A DNA stretch of 60,225 nucleotides, counting the filler, from Sphacelaria rigidula (taxonomy: Eukaryota), in the NCBI GenBank assembly GCA_964200075.2. It is 7 parts of 7 records of this genome, joined end to end, with 100 filler letters (N's around TTAATTAATTAA, not from the genome) between each part and the next. Parts side by side here need not be neighbours in the genome. Positions count along the whole stretch, not along the records: positions 43,093 to 51,609 come from CAXNAA020010908.1; positions 51,710 to 60,225 come from CAXNAA020010909.1; 5 more parts are not named here. One strand, written 5' to 3'. Shown piece by piece: positions 48,410 through 60,225 of this stretch; position 1 is the stretch's first letter; every line of letters begins with the position of its first letter. The notes beneath the pieces were generated by a model that saw only the letters and a list, made by a program, of their open reading frames with translations, searched no databases and was not told where the DNA came from. The translations under genes were made by a program, and so were the position numbers.

Positions 48410-50610
48410 CCCTAAGCTCGTCTAGAGGGGTCGTGTAGCCCCCCTGGTTTGCTTTATTCGACGTTGATTTACAGGTACCGTTTTAGCCCGTCCAACGTCA
48501 TTGTACAGCATTTTTTATCTGTGGTATACAATTTACTCTTGTTTAAAGTAGTCGGGCAGTCCCCTGGCTTACTCGAGCCTGAGCTGAAGGCATCATTTAC
48601 TCCGCGTACAGCCGTTCTGTACCGGTGAATATAATAGTGCGTGGTATGTAGTGTTGTAAAGACCGCTACCAGTAGCTCACTTGACGGCTAGCCCGTAGTC
48701 CTTCTCTTGGTCCTCCTGGCTGACGATCGCGGAGTGGATGATGGCCAGATAGTGCCTCTCTAGAAATGTCGCAAGCTCTTGAACGTACTCGTCCGGTCCT
48801 TTGGGGTTTGGGAGAAGGGGGTTTGCAGGTGCTGTACGTCCATTATTCTGTTATTGTTTCATCATCACCCTCTCTTTTTCTTCTTTCCTTCTTTTCCCCG
48901 CAGATGTTAACCTTTTGTTTCCATCCAGTCGGATTTATGGTATGATTCATCATTATATCAACAGGTATACATCATTTTGATTCCTTCTAACAATCAAGCT
49001 TGTTAGTTTTCTCCTGAAAAACACAAACTTTATGTGCGCGTGTTTGAGCTATCTCTCATCAGTTCTCTTGACTGAAGTGGACTCGGGGATTTTCCTAGAC
49101 GACGCAAAACCACTCAGGGCATACTTTCCCGAATGTGGGAACCACCACATAGAAGGGAAAAAATCCCACAAGTGTCGGTCAAGGGATCACATTTTAACAC
49201 TGACGGCACCATGAGATAGCTCGTATGCTTCACGAACAGAAGGTTCCGGGTTCAAATCGCGTGTATCCATACATGAATGTCGCTTTCAAACAAGCCTTCT
49301 CTCAATCTACGTCCCGTGTAAAGCGTCGCGATATGTAGGTGATGCCGTAAGGAGCTTACCAGTGCTACGAGTCCTGGCGAATCCTTGGCGTGCGCTCGCC
49401 TACAATATCGTGCAGACATTCGCAGGTCTCTGGGTGCTCAAACAAGAAACTGGCCCTGCAAATAGCACCACCTCTCTGTCTAGGTTCTTTGATTTTCTGC
49501 AATGGACTCAGCGCCTTGCTGAAACCAAATGCTTAAGCACACACGTATCTACATCCTATTCCCATTTTTGTTCATGTCTCATTTATTTTCTCGTACTTCC
49601 AAAAAGCCGTCTCTCTTTCTCGAGCGAACACAATTGCCATGCTATCTGTCCCAAGTGCTTCGAACCGCGCGGTTATATTCCAAGGGGTTCTCAAACATTG
49701 TTCGTTTGATTGGCTCGCACATCGCTTGTTGGGCCAGTCTCCGACGATGAAAATATAAATGCATGTCCGGGTTCACGCGATTTGAACCTCACCTCAAATT
49801 TGTTCTTGGTTCGCCTATGCCCGAGCACTCTCTGTATTTTGTTACTTTATACCTACCCAGACTTGATATGTACACAATATACTGTCCTAATGGCTGCCTA
49901 CTCATCGTGAATGACGCAGTCAAATGCCATGCCCTGGCCCATTACATCCCGGAGTCAGGCCTCGTACTCCTGTACACAAGCATACCTATCGCGTCTACAT
50001 ATCATTTTTGTATTCAGGATCATACTTCTTCGAGGCCCTATCGGCTACTCCACCATTCCTGCTGCCGCTACGGCAGATATGCATGGCATATCACGAGCTT
50101 CGAAGCTGGGTGTCATGGAGTGTTCGTAAAACAAAACGCGGGTGCTTGCCTATGACTTTAGGATCATATGTCTTCAAATCTTCGGCGCGCTGTCCGCTAC
50201 CGCCCGCAGCCGCCGCCCTCCTCATCGCCCCGCGCCGCCGCCGCGACCTTCTCACCGAGTCGCTTCGGCCCCTCGTGCCTCTGCCGGCCACCCTCCTCCC
50301 AACACCAACATCACCGCTACATTCATCCCTGATATCGTCAGCATTTGCACCCTGGCGGCCGTGATTGTTGGGAATGTTGGAGTATCTCGCTCGGGTAGCG
50401 ATGGAACTTGTGTCGTCAGATATGTGGCTGTCTCCTTCGTCACTGCTGTCGTGGTTACGTTGTTGACGGGGCCCATCTCTGCGCGGCATATCGCTCCCAT
50501 CTACCTGCACTTTTCGTCGCCTGTGTATTCAACGTTGCCCTGTGTAACGGTTCAAAATGTGAGAATGTAGGCGCTGAGCGGTGCGAAGCTGGAAGTTGGG
50601 GGGAGGGATG

Positions 50611-50742
50611 GGTGTACTCATGACCATGCATACCATAGTTATGAGACCATTGACCTCGCATCCCTACAAAGCCGGGACAGAGCACGCCGGCTTTTCGTCG
50701 GACCAGGCTCGCACTCAATCACTAAGCGCGAAGCGCCGTGGT
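50611..50742 (-). mobile_element. ~135-nt retroposon-like element (long relative), second copy
   Basis: Homologous to the reverse complement of 34479-34616; preceded by a G-rich tract. Confidence 0.7.
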
Positions 50743-51005
50743 GACTTCGACGAGTCGCATGAAGGGTGAGCTGCATTCTGCTAAGGTTGTTCGACCCGAA
50801 GCCTACTGATTATTTTGCATTTGGATGGCAGCTTGAGTTACTTCATTTTCCGGTAACGCCACTTCCAGAGACAGCCACGGGTTCCACACTGCCTCATGGA
50901 TGTCTCACCAGGGTAGGGATGGGGGGGGTACTCATAATCTTGGACAGGTCGGACGAGTCATTACTCGTTTAGACGAGTGCACTCGTAGGTGCTTTTCCAA
51001 AACAC

Positions 51006-51609
51006 AACAAGCATGACTCGTGTGCTCGAGTTATTATTATTTTTGACAACAAGCAATGACTCGTGCGCTCGCCCTATTATTGTTGTCCACGACGAGCAAT
51101 GACTCGAGTGCTCGCCCTATTTGTTTTTTCCACCACGAGCAATGACTCGAGCGCTCGCCCTATCCATTTGTTTCCACCATGAGCAATGACTCGGGTGCTC
51201 GCCCTAATCATTCATTCCACGACGAGCAATGACTCGAGCGCTCGCCCTATTCATTGTTCCCACAACGAGCAATGACTCGAGCGCTCGCCCTATTCATTGT
51301 TCTCACAACGAGCAATGACTCGAGTGCTCGCCCTAATCATTCATTCCACGACGAGCAATGACTCGAGCGCTCGCCCTATTCATTGTTCCCACAACGAGCA
51401 ATGACTCGAGTGCTGGCCCTATCCATTTGTTTCCACGACGAGCAATGACGCGAGTGCTCGCCCTTTTCATTTGTTCCCACAACAAGCAATGGATCGAGTG
51501 CTCGTCCTATAATTCTTTTCCACAACGAGCAATGACTCGAGTGCTCGCCCTATTCATTTGTTTCCACAACGAGCAATGACTCGAGTGCTCCCCCTACTCC
51601 TCTTTTTCC
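51006..51609 (+). repeat. 43-44 bp minisatellite, ~14 copies, with a palindromic core
   Basis: Core ACGAGCAATGACTCGAG(T/C)GCTCGCCCT plus a ~16-17 nt related pyrimidine-rich linker. Runs into the contig end. Confidence 0.96.
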
Positions 51610-51709
51610 NNNNNNNNNNNNNNNNNNNNNNNNNNNNNNNNNNNNNNNNNNNNTTAATTAATTAANNNNNNNNNNNNNNNNNNNNNNNNNNNNNNNNNNN
51701 NNNNNNNNN
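51610..51709. other. Artificial contig spacer
   Basis: N44-TTAATTAATTAA-N44. Confidence 0.99.
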
Positions 51710-52699
51710 GGTGGTGAAGGTTCCATTCAATTCCGCGTTCTAGCGAAGAAACAGGGAGAAACGGGTTTGTGGACGCCATTTTTCGGTTTTCCTCATTCTC
51801 GACCACGCCCGGGGGGTGGGGGGGTGGGGGGGGGGGTATAAACCGTTTTCCAGTCTGTAGGGCCCCTTGCGTGGACGTGTAGTAGCGGATACGCAGATCA
51901 TGATCCACGTGTGATTCAATTTAATTCAATGATGCGATGTGAAATTCTTTCACTTCCACGAAACACATATTCCCCTGATTGGGTTAATTTTTCGCGATCG
52001 ATTGCACCTGAAGGGTACTGCACTGAAGTGGATTATGATGTTGTGTACTTGCTGAAAGTGTACTGCGGTGCAGATATCAAACGGGAAGCATGGCGAGTGC
52101 CGGCAGCGATAGCAGCAGCAGAGTCCATGGTAAGTGCAGGGTTATCACCGAGCGTGGGAAACGTAATACGAATATACCTTCCTGTCCTGTTGGGCGTACC
52201 GTAGCGTGCTGTACCTTCTGTTGTAGCATATGCATAAAATCACACTCTGTTGACGAGAGTCTTGGCCTCGATGTCCTTCGGAAGCAAGATAATGATCATG
52301 CGATTCCTCGTGAGACCTCGCTCGTCGAAATTCGTGGATGAGGTATTGGATTCGAATCGATATAGCTTTCAATGCCTTGACTCGCGTAGATTTCGAAAAA
52401 TCAACGTTGAAGTACTGATACATTACGTGAAGTGCTGACCCATGAAGTGTTGTGATTGATCACTACTCACTGCTACAATGAAACGAGGTATTCCCCTGGC
52501 ATCTCAAGTATCATATGAGTAGTCACGGACCAACTGAGCGCTCTGCAACCAACGACGGTATCTTGTGCACTAATGTGTTGCGCAACGAAGTCCGCTGGGC
52601 TGTTGTATTCGCCCGCCGTCCGCTACTGCGCGGCACTACTTTGTTGTTCTGTACTGTTGCCTTGTAGTGCGCCAGGCCGTTGTATTTGCCCGCCGTCTG

Positions 52700-52815
52700 C
52701 TACCACTCTGTGCTGTACGGTTGCCCTGTACTGTACTGTCTGTACAGTAGTACTATTGCCCTGCACTGCACTGCGTTGTACTGGACTGGACTGGACTGTA
52801 CTGTACTGTACTGTC
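52700..52815 (+). repeat. Degenerate pentanucleotide microsatellite (ACTGT/ACTGG/ACTGC)n
   Basis: gtactgtactg...ctggactggactggactgtactgtactgtactg. A similar tract lies at 47890-48020. Confidence 0.8.
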
Positions 52816-54499
52816 AGAACTACAACTGGCTTGTGGTTCACACGCTGGGGTGCTCAGATTTCTCGGTTGTGGTGCGGCTTATCCCCACACTGCCTTGAGC
52901 CATCGCTCGAGGCGCCTTCCCCACATGGCCGCCGCAAGGTGGTCTAGCCCAGCCTTCGGGTAATGGGCACACGAACTCGCTCGTGATCGTTGCGATCGCC
53001 AGCGGGGTAAGTGTTGGGTGGGGTTTCCTCCTTCCATCAAGGACAAAAAAAAAAGTGTCGAGATGATGTCCCATATGTCGGGTTGTTGATGTGGTTGCAT
53101 CGCTGCTGGAGTGGTTCTCGGAAGACTGGTCCAGGAAGGGCACGCAGCACACGCTCAAATCCCCCTTTGACCCCTGTCCACATTCAGACATCTGTGGTGC
53201 TCATTCTCTTCGCAAATAGCAAAACTCCAGCCCCCCATATTATCCTACTTTCAACTGCAACTTCCTGTTGTTGGCTGAACCTGCTTGTATCGCACTGCAC
53301 ATCTATCTTGAGAGGTGTACAAAATCACAACGCCATCTCTCCTCAAAACCGAGCACGAATAATTAACAGCTGGATGTTGCAACCATTCTCCAGTCTCCAC
53401 TGGATCCAAGTCATTCGTTATTTTGCACGAAGACTGGAACACACGCAAGCCGTCTGCATCCGGGGCCCTCCTTTATTCGTATCCCGTACACCTGCCGTCG
53501 CTAATACGTCGGTGTATGCTTGAACCCAATATTCTTCTAATTTACCGATAATTGCTCTGCGTAACGGTAGCTGAAACGCAGGCCAAGTTTGTGATGACGA
53601 CACCAGCCCATCCAGTGAACAAGGTATGAACCCATGTACCAGGTGAGTTCCTGTCAACAAATACCCGAATTCGAGTAAGTGGGAGAGCAAACTGCCCGTG
53701 CTCAGAAACCAGCACACCAGGCACCATCCTGGACGACTTAGTCCCCCCCCCCAAAAAAAAAAACGACACCGAGACAGCCATTCCTCGGTCACCTTCCCAC
53801 GATCGACCCCTTATCAACACCCGGCACCCCTTGAACCAAAACGGAGTGTCATCGTGTCACGCAGAAAACAAAACAAACGACAAGAAAAAAACAAAACACT
53901 AACAACCCGAAAGAGTCGAATGACTCATTTACCCCACTTATTTTATTGCCCTGCTCCATATACCTACGATGCCCTGGCGTTGTTCAAACCCAAAACCAAA
54001 ATACAACAATAAGGACGTTGTATCCGAGCATGAAAAAAAAATCCAGTAGACCGTTTTTTTTATTTCCGGTACATACTAACATGTTTCCCTCCTGCCTCTA
54101 TAGCACTAACGCTCTTCCTTTATGCGTGTCCTGCATAAACGTTTTGCAAAACTCAAAATCCAAAGGAAACCAAAGATGCAAAGAAAAACACTAGGGAGGT
54201 GCTATGTTAGAGACTCAGTACCAAACATACACCAACCACAACAAAAAAATTTATCAGAGGTTCCCAGCAAAGACTAGGTATCCTGCACATGAAAATGAGC
54301 TCTTCCTCCAAGAGTGATAACTGCTCCGCTGGTGGGTCACGTACCGATGCCAACCCCCTCATCCTTTCTACTTTCCGCAGTCCGCTCCTCGTCCTCGGTG
54401 TAGTCGCTGCGCCGAGCATAGCTCCGTCACTAAATCGAAGCCGACCCGAGCCCCCATCAAATGTTGTGGGCGAAATGTTTCGCGGATTTCTTGGAGTTC

Positions 54500-57400
54500 T
54501 GATCATGGAAACACCAGTCCCCCGGCTTTCCCCGCGAGACCTTCAAATTATCCCTCCTCAAATGCACACTAAACATTTCCCCAGGTCCAACAATCGCGAG
54601 GTATGCGGCAATGGAAGTTGCTCCGGATTGTCTTGCAGACCAGCCACTTCAGCCAGATGCCAACCGTCCTGCTTGGTTTTGTAATAGGTATAGCAGCCGA
54701 TTATGCCAGGGTGATATACATCGGGCCCTCGTATTCCATCGTCTGTCCAAACATATCCCTGCGGCACATATCGATCCCCTTACATTCGCGCGACCAACCT
54801 CTTTGCCATACTGGTTCTTGCGGTACCTGGCATTCTGACCTCCAGCCTGCACCGGGTTTCCCATCCAGCATGTCAAGATAACACATTTCCCACATTGCTC
54901 GAGATCCTCTTCACTTTCCCATCTCTTGTTCTCACATTTGTTCTAGGTGGTGTAATACTGCACTATGGCTTTACCCCCTAACCCTCGTGACAACCGATGT
55001 TCACTGATGCTGACTGGCGTGAGTCGGAATGTATCGACTGGTAGATTGACGTCTTCGATCGTTGAGTGCAAAGGCGGTGAACGCCCCGATTTTATGTTGA
55101 GCACGTACTGGCTTAAACACCGAGGTAGATGCTTCGGCTTTTCTAGTCCGTCCATCGGGTTATAACATCGTTTGCACCGAGCTACTGCAGCCCTTGAACT
55201 TGAGCCTCCCCCCTTTAATTTTTTTCACGTCCAGCAACAAAACGTTTTCCGCCCACTTTCACCTTGATCAGTTGTCCCTAGACCAACGAACACTATTTTA
55301 TACGCTCCCGTCCAACACTGAGATAATATCACCGACGGAGTAAACGACTTCTCCCCAGACGCCCACACGAGCACCGCCGCATGACTTCCTCAAGAAAAAG
55401 TTCCCCTCTCATCGTAGACAAACACTCAGTCACCCGCCTCCCACTTCGGGCGACGATTGGCGATCTCGTCCATGTGGTCATTTGCTACGTCGTGTTTAGA
55501 TTTTGTGATGAACTCTTCCTGTCGTACAAGCTCGTACGCTTTCTTCTGTCTACCCCTCATCAGCTGCAAGTATTGCAGCTGGTCTGCTTCCATACCTTGG
55601 TGCCCTTGGGTTCCTCTTCCTCCTAAAATGCTCATCGACATTCTAAGGTATCGCCCCGTGTGGACCTCATTCGGAGCCAGCCCGATGCCTTTACTTACAT
55701 TTTTATCATGCGTCCCAATTTTTCTGATAGTTCGCCACCAAGTAGAACAACATATGGCACAGAGTAAAATTCTACCTTTCCACCGTGCCATTCTTTTGTG
55801 GGTGGTACGAGCTGGTGTACCGTTTGACGGTTCCCATCATTCTATAAACCGCTCGACTGATGGCAGAGGTGAATGCCGGTCCTCGGTCGGATAACAAGGT
55901 GTGCGGGCAACCCTATCGAGGCATATAGTTGTTCACGAGGCTAGCCTCACAACCTTTGGCGGTTTTCTCCTCGCCAGTCAGAGCGTATGCTTCGGCGCGT
56001 CTACTGAATGAATCTATAACTAACAGTTTGTAAGTGTTACCCTTCACTGTTCTAGGCAATGGCCGTAGCAGGTCAATTCCCACCATTTGACCAGGTCTGC
56101 TAGGCAGAGGTAGTGATACTGAAGGCCATCGTACAGTGGACCGAGCTGTTATTTTGCTTTGGCAATAGTAACACTCTCGGATCCAAAATTTTACGCTGCC
56201 CTTCGTTTAAACCCACAAATAGCAGCATCGTAGCAAGAACAACGTGATTTTTCCCCCCAAGTGCACCGCTGCTTTGTGGGTTTGGTTCATGACTCACGGC
56301 CGCACCAAAATGGATACATGTGTTCGAACAGGTTCGTCCCCCAAAAACCGTTCAAAAGCTCCCGGATTGCGGTCCTCTTGGCCTGATAGCTCTTCCTTGA
56401 CTTTCCTCACCAGTATTTTTGCGTCATCTGGGAGCTCGAAAAGTTCTCCTGCCTTCAGCAACCTTCGAAACTCTTTCAAATCAACCTCTGGTGAAATGGA
56501 TTCCTCCTGTTCTCTAGTTAGTCTTTTTATTTCCTGGCACAAATACTGATAACAGTGCGCGAGGTAATGCCGTCTTGCTGAATGCTAGCCCAATCCCCGG
56601 CCGACTCGCGGCACAGATTTTTCCCAAACTTATGAGCTTCATTGATACCGAGCATACCCGCGGCACCAGCACTGCCACATTCGACGGTGGCAATTACATG
56701 AACGTTTGTATCCGATGGCGCAGTTAACAATCTACTTCCTGCTTCCGTAAGTAGGCACGCATGCAGAATTAGCCCTGCTCCCCACTGACCACTAATCACC
56801 ATGTCCGGAGAAACAAGCGAAGTGCGATCTTCCACCACCTGGGGTTCCTCCCTCGTATAGGCATGTACGGCAGAAACCAAAGTTGGGCCTACACAACCCA
56901 AATCATCTCCAGGAGTGTTCGAACGCAGCCCAACCAGACTAGCACTATGCGGCTCACGGCTCATCGGGCGAAGCCCATCCAAGCTTGAACTATCAGGTCG
57001 AGAAAATGAATTGGGCTGTACGCTACTAGCGCCGATGAAGTACACGTCCACACCGTCAGGGTTCGTGATGCTATATTTACCTGAAGCGCCATGGTTGGAT
57101 GGAAATGTTGAAATAGACTCCCAAATCGATTCGAAAGGGGTCGGCTGCACAATATCCGATGTCCATCTTGTCCTTGGGAAAATTGCGGGAGTATGTGTAC
57201 AACACCTCAGCCAAGTTATCGATATCCTCTACCGTCCAATACTTGCCTTCGAGATCACACTGAATTTTGCGAAGATAGGTGGGTATGCGTTCCACAACCG
57301 CCTGCACGCGACATTCTGTTATTTATCGAGACCCGTCATCATAAAGCCCGATGCCTCCGATATCTCTTCTAAAGCTGAGAAGACGTCTGTCACGGGCAGG

Positions 57401-59060
57401 ATATCAACTTTCGAGATATCAGCGTTCTCTGACTACTTTTTTCGCGAGGAGCGCCGGCTGTTTCCCAGTATCATACGCGGCTCCACCACCACGTCCTTTG
57501 AGGAAAGACTTTTCAAGGGGATCTCCGATTCACCTGCGTCAAGAATCATCTCAGTTGGAGACCAACCTTTTCCGAATCTCACGCAATGATTACCCCTTTT
57601 TTTCTTCTGTCCCATCTTCGTTCGTGAGTGTGACGGGAACCCAGTTCAGTTTTTGTAGAAATTATTTGCCCCTGCCTCACGCCTCATCAAAACGTACGAT
57701 ACCTCCTTCACCTGCAGCGGGTTCTCGTTCAATGAGCACGAGCACGTTATTAACGGAATCTTCATACTGTTTGATTTCCGGCGCAAGGTTTCAAGTCCAA
57801 ATTAATTTTGTTTCGGTTGACATCAGTGAATTTTTGTAGAGGAGATTAGGATAGAGCATCTCTTCCCATGAAGATCCACACCATACGCCACTGTGCTTTC
57901 AGGCACGACGTTCGCAAATAGAGCAAAGCGGGGTGAATCGTCGCGCTGCACACAGCCATCTACCTTGGATGTGTGGTCAGGAAGAATATTCAGCCTAGCC
58001 TGCGAGGATGTGGTCAGTGGTACCCCATTAAAACCTCCCCACGATATAGGATCTACTCTTCTTGTAACACCTACCGTGGCTGCCCCGCTTGAAAGCAAGG
58101 TCTTTCGCACGGCACGCGTTACAAATGTGGCCAAGCTACCACTGTCAATGAGAACGTTGCAGGCATGTGTTTGTGTGGCTTTGGAACCTTAACCTACCAA
58201 TGCTGCGGCGGAATTATTCCTGCGATGCAAGCGCACTTCACCAGCACCATACACTGCTTTGTCCATTGCGAGAAAATATACCCCTTTTTTTACCTTTCGC
58301 GACCGAACAGGTCACCGGCGCAGGCTAGAGTACGGGTGTAGACTTGTGTTTTCTTGTGCGGTGGCCAGATGCAGTAGGGTCCAGGATATAGATGTGCTGT
58401 CCGCCCTGACCATACCGCACTTGATTGAGCGTTCTATAGGGTATCGGAAGGACAAAGCGTAAGACTTTGTCATGTGAGCCCTTTCGCGGAGTACTTGAAA
58501 GATCGGGGATAGTGTTGAGTGCATTAACAGTTACTCCAACATTATTTCGGTACACACAAATCCTCGCTGTCCAGTTCTCTAACTGGCTGTGACGCTCCGT
58601 CGCTTGTATTGTGAGATGCCTTTCAAAAATACGCGAGAAGTTTCAGTTCGCTTGCGCGGGACTCCGGCCAAACAAAGGCGTGGGTTCGTAAAAGGAGGGG
58701 TCATTATGGGATCCAAACCCACACTAATTGCGTTTTCTTTCACCAAACGCGTATACGCAACTATCCTCCTCCTCCTCGGGCCCGTCGGCCAAGCGCTGAA
58801 CAGCCGCGACATCCTCCATGCGAGGCTTCCCCCGCAGAGCAGGGTCAGTGACATCTGTGACGGAGGGCGCATCATGCATTCGTACAGGGCCCAAATACAA
58901 CTTGTCGGCATCAAGGTGGGACGTGCGCAACAACCGACCATCATGCGACCGCAGGCCATCATTAGTAGCAGTGGCTGGGTCATCTTTTGCCATCGACACG
59001 AGCCTGAACGAGAGGAAGGTTCTCCGTCTCCGCCACGAAAATCAGCCGTATAGGCGAGAG
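54500..59060 (-). mobile_element. Heavily decayed Ty3/Gypsy chromovirus-type element lacking RT and RNase H
   Basis: Protease VLIDSGSLATFV (DSG at 58138-58146); integrase region (FLGDEPVRTHVSILVRP, RWPSVSLPLP, GLAPNEVHTGR); chromodomain relic (ISEHRLSRGLGGKAIVQYYT...WESEEDL). Collinear with the contig-1 element. Confidence 0.9.
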
Positions 59061-59139
59061 CCAAGCACTCACTAGCGTCAGAATTTCGAAGCGTACTACA
59101 GGCTGGTTCACGTTGATCACCCCAAAAACTCTCATCGGC

Positions 59140-59425
59140 AAAACCTCACGCTGTTTCAAGGAGTTAGACCCTGGAATTTTGCACGAATGTTTTATGGGTA
59201 ATTACGCAACTTTCGAAGTTTTCGTTTTCTTCACTTTTTGACGTTTTCACCGTTTTTCGGGGGTCCCAGTTTTTCTAGGGAAACCTCGACCCAATCGGAC
59301 CCCGTAAAACGGTAACAAAGTAAATATAAAAAAGAAACATTTATCCAAAGTTGTGTAACGATCCAAAGCACAGTTGTACAAAATTTCAGGGTCCAACTCC
59401 TTCAAAAGGCGTGAGGGTTTTCGCT
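59140..59425. repeat. ~75-bp imperfect inverted repeats with a GAGTT.GACCCTG.AATTTTG motif (non-autonomous DNA transposon family)
   Basis: 59140-59215 vs 59345-59422. The same core motif occurs at ~43800 and ~44840. Confidence 0.7.
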
Positions 59426-60225
59426 TTTGTGCGACGAACTTTGCCGTGCCACGGTGAAACCGCAAACTGCTTGATTTTGGTACCGAAACGGCGTTTTTGG
59501 GGCTTCTTTGACGTGAACATGGAAATTCAAGCATTAATTGATCGAGGTTTGCGACGAAAATTTGTGGAGCCCATCCTTGGGCTATGCAGAGGCAGATAGG
59601 TTGCGAAAAAATGAAAAACAAATATCGTAGTGCCCTTTTTCTGGGGTCCCAGAATGGAGACCGGAAAACGACTTCGATCCCGTCGGACCCCCGAAAAACG
59701 GTAAAAATCTCAAGATGTATCGAAAACATCGTCCGTAGAAAGTTGCGTAATGATCATGGCATATTCATGCGAAGTTTCAGGATCTAACTCCTAATGACTG
59801 CGTGAAAGTTTGCGCATTTGTGGAGGACGTGGGCTTGAAACGTGCAACTCCTAACTACTTGGTTTTAGTATGGAAACGTCTCTTAAGGTGAATTTGACGT
59901 ACAGGCAAGGAAAACTGTATGAGGTTTTCGAGTTTCTCCACCAAACTTTCTACATGTGTTCCTTGGACTCTCCCGGGACGCATAATTTCATTATTTTTCT
60001 TCTAGGGCATTTTGTACGGCCTTCCGAGGGTCTTCATGCTGGGACCCCCGGAAGCCAGTAGAGAAAAGGAGAAAACATGAGGTATTGTCGAGAATACATT
60101 TTTTTTCATTTTGAGCATCAATACCTACGGAACTGCCCAGTTTGAGGCCGATCTGAGCTTTTCTACAACAGATATAGGGGACACCGTCACGAGGCTCCCT
60201 GGGTCTTTCGTGCGTATCATTGGTG

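Noticed and set aside
48904..48964. Plus-strand exon after a strong pyrimidine tract
   Set aside because: Splice-like signals are present, but I could not link it to a convincing reading frame or gene.
51006..51609. CRISPR array
   Set aside because: The 'spacers' are only 16-17 nt, similar to each other and recurrent. There are no cas genes and the context is eukaryotic, so it is a minisatellite.
56915..57589. 224-aa plus-strand ORF
   Set aside because: It is the antisense shadow of the decayed Gypsy pol.

Overview
Eukaryotic, repeat-rich, intron-rich DNA, most consistent with a brown alga or related stramenopile (inferred from ~0.4-2.3 kb introns, the protein families and the repeat types). 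The window is not one locus. It is seven contigs of 8519, 8519, 8518, 8518, 8518, 8517 and 8516 bp, sorted by length and joined by artificial 100-nt spacers (N44-TTAATTAATTAA-N44). Contigs 1 and 7 hold decayed Ty3/Gypsy chromovirus-type retrotransposons on the minus strand. Contig 2 holds nine in-phase exons of a large fibronectin type III / 'EVQ'-repeat protein. Contig 3 holds nested MITEs, a tRNA-derived SINE, a pogo/Fot1 transposase relic and a 344-aa ORF ending in a ~440-nt foldback. Contig 4 holds exons of a low-complexity protein gene and a divergent candidate first exon. Contig 5 holds the 3' exons of a PP2A B'/B56 regulatory subunit gene. Contig 6 holds non-autonomous elements and a 43-44 bp palindromic minisatellite. 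The best leads are: (i) a ~70-nt structured retroposon-like element with a C-run end and long target-site duplications; (ii) the long hairpin, a candidate small-RNA precursor; (iii) a conserved extra domain after the chromodomain in both Gypsy integrases. All calls come from manual reading; no database searches were run.
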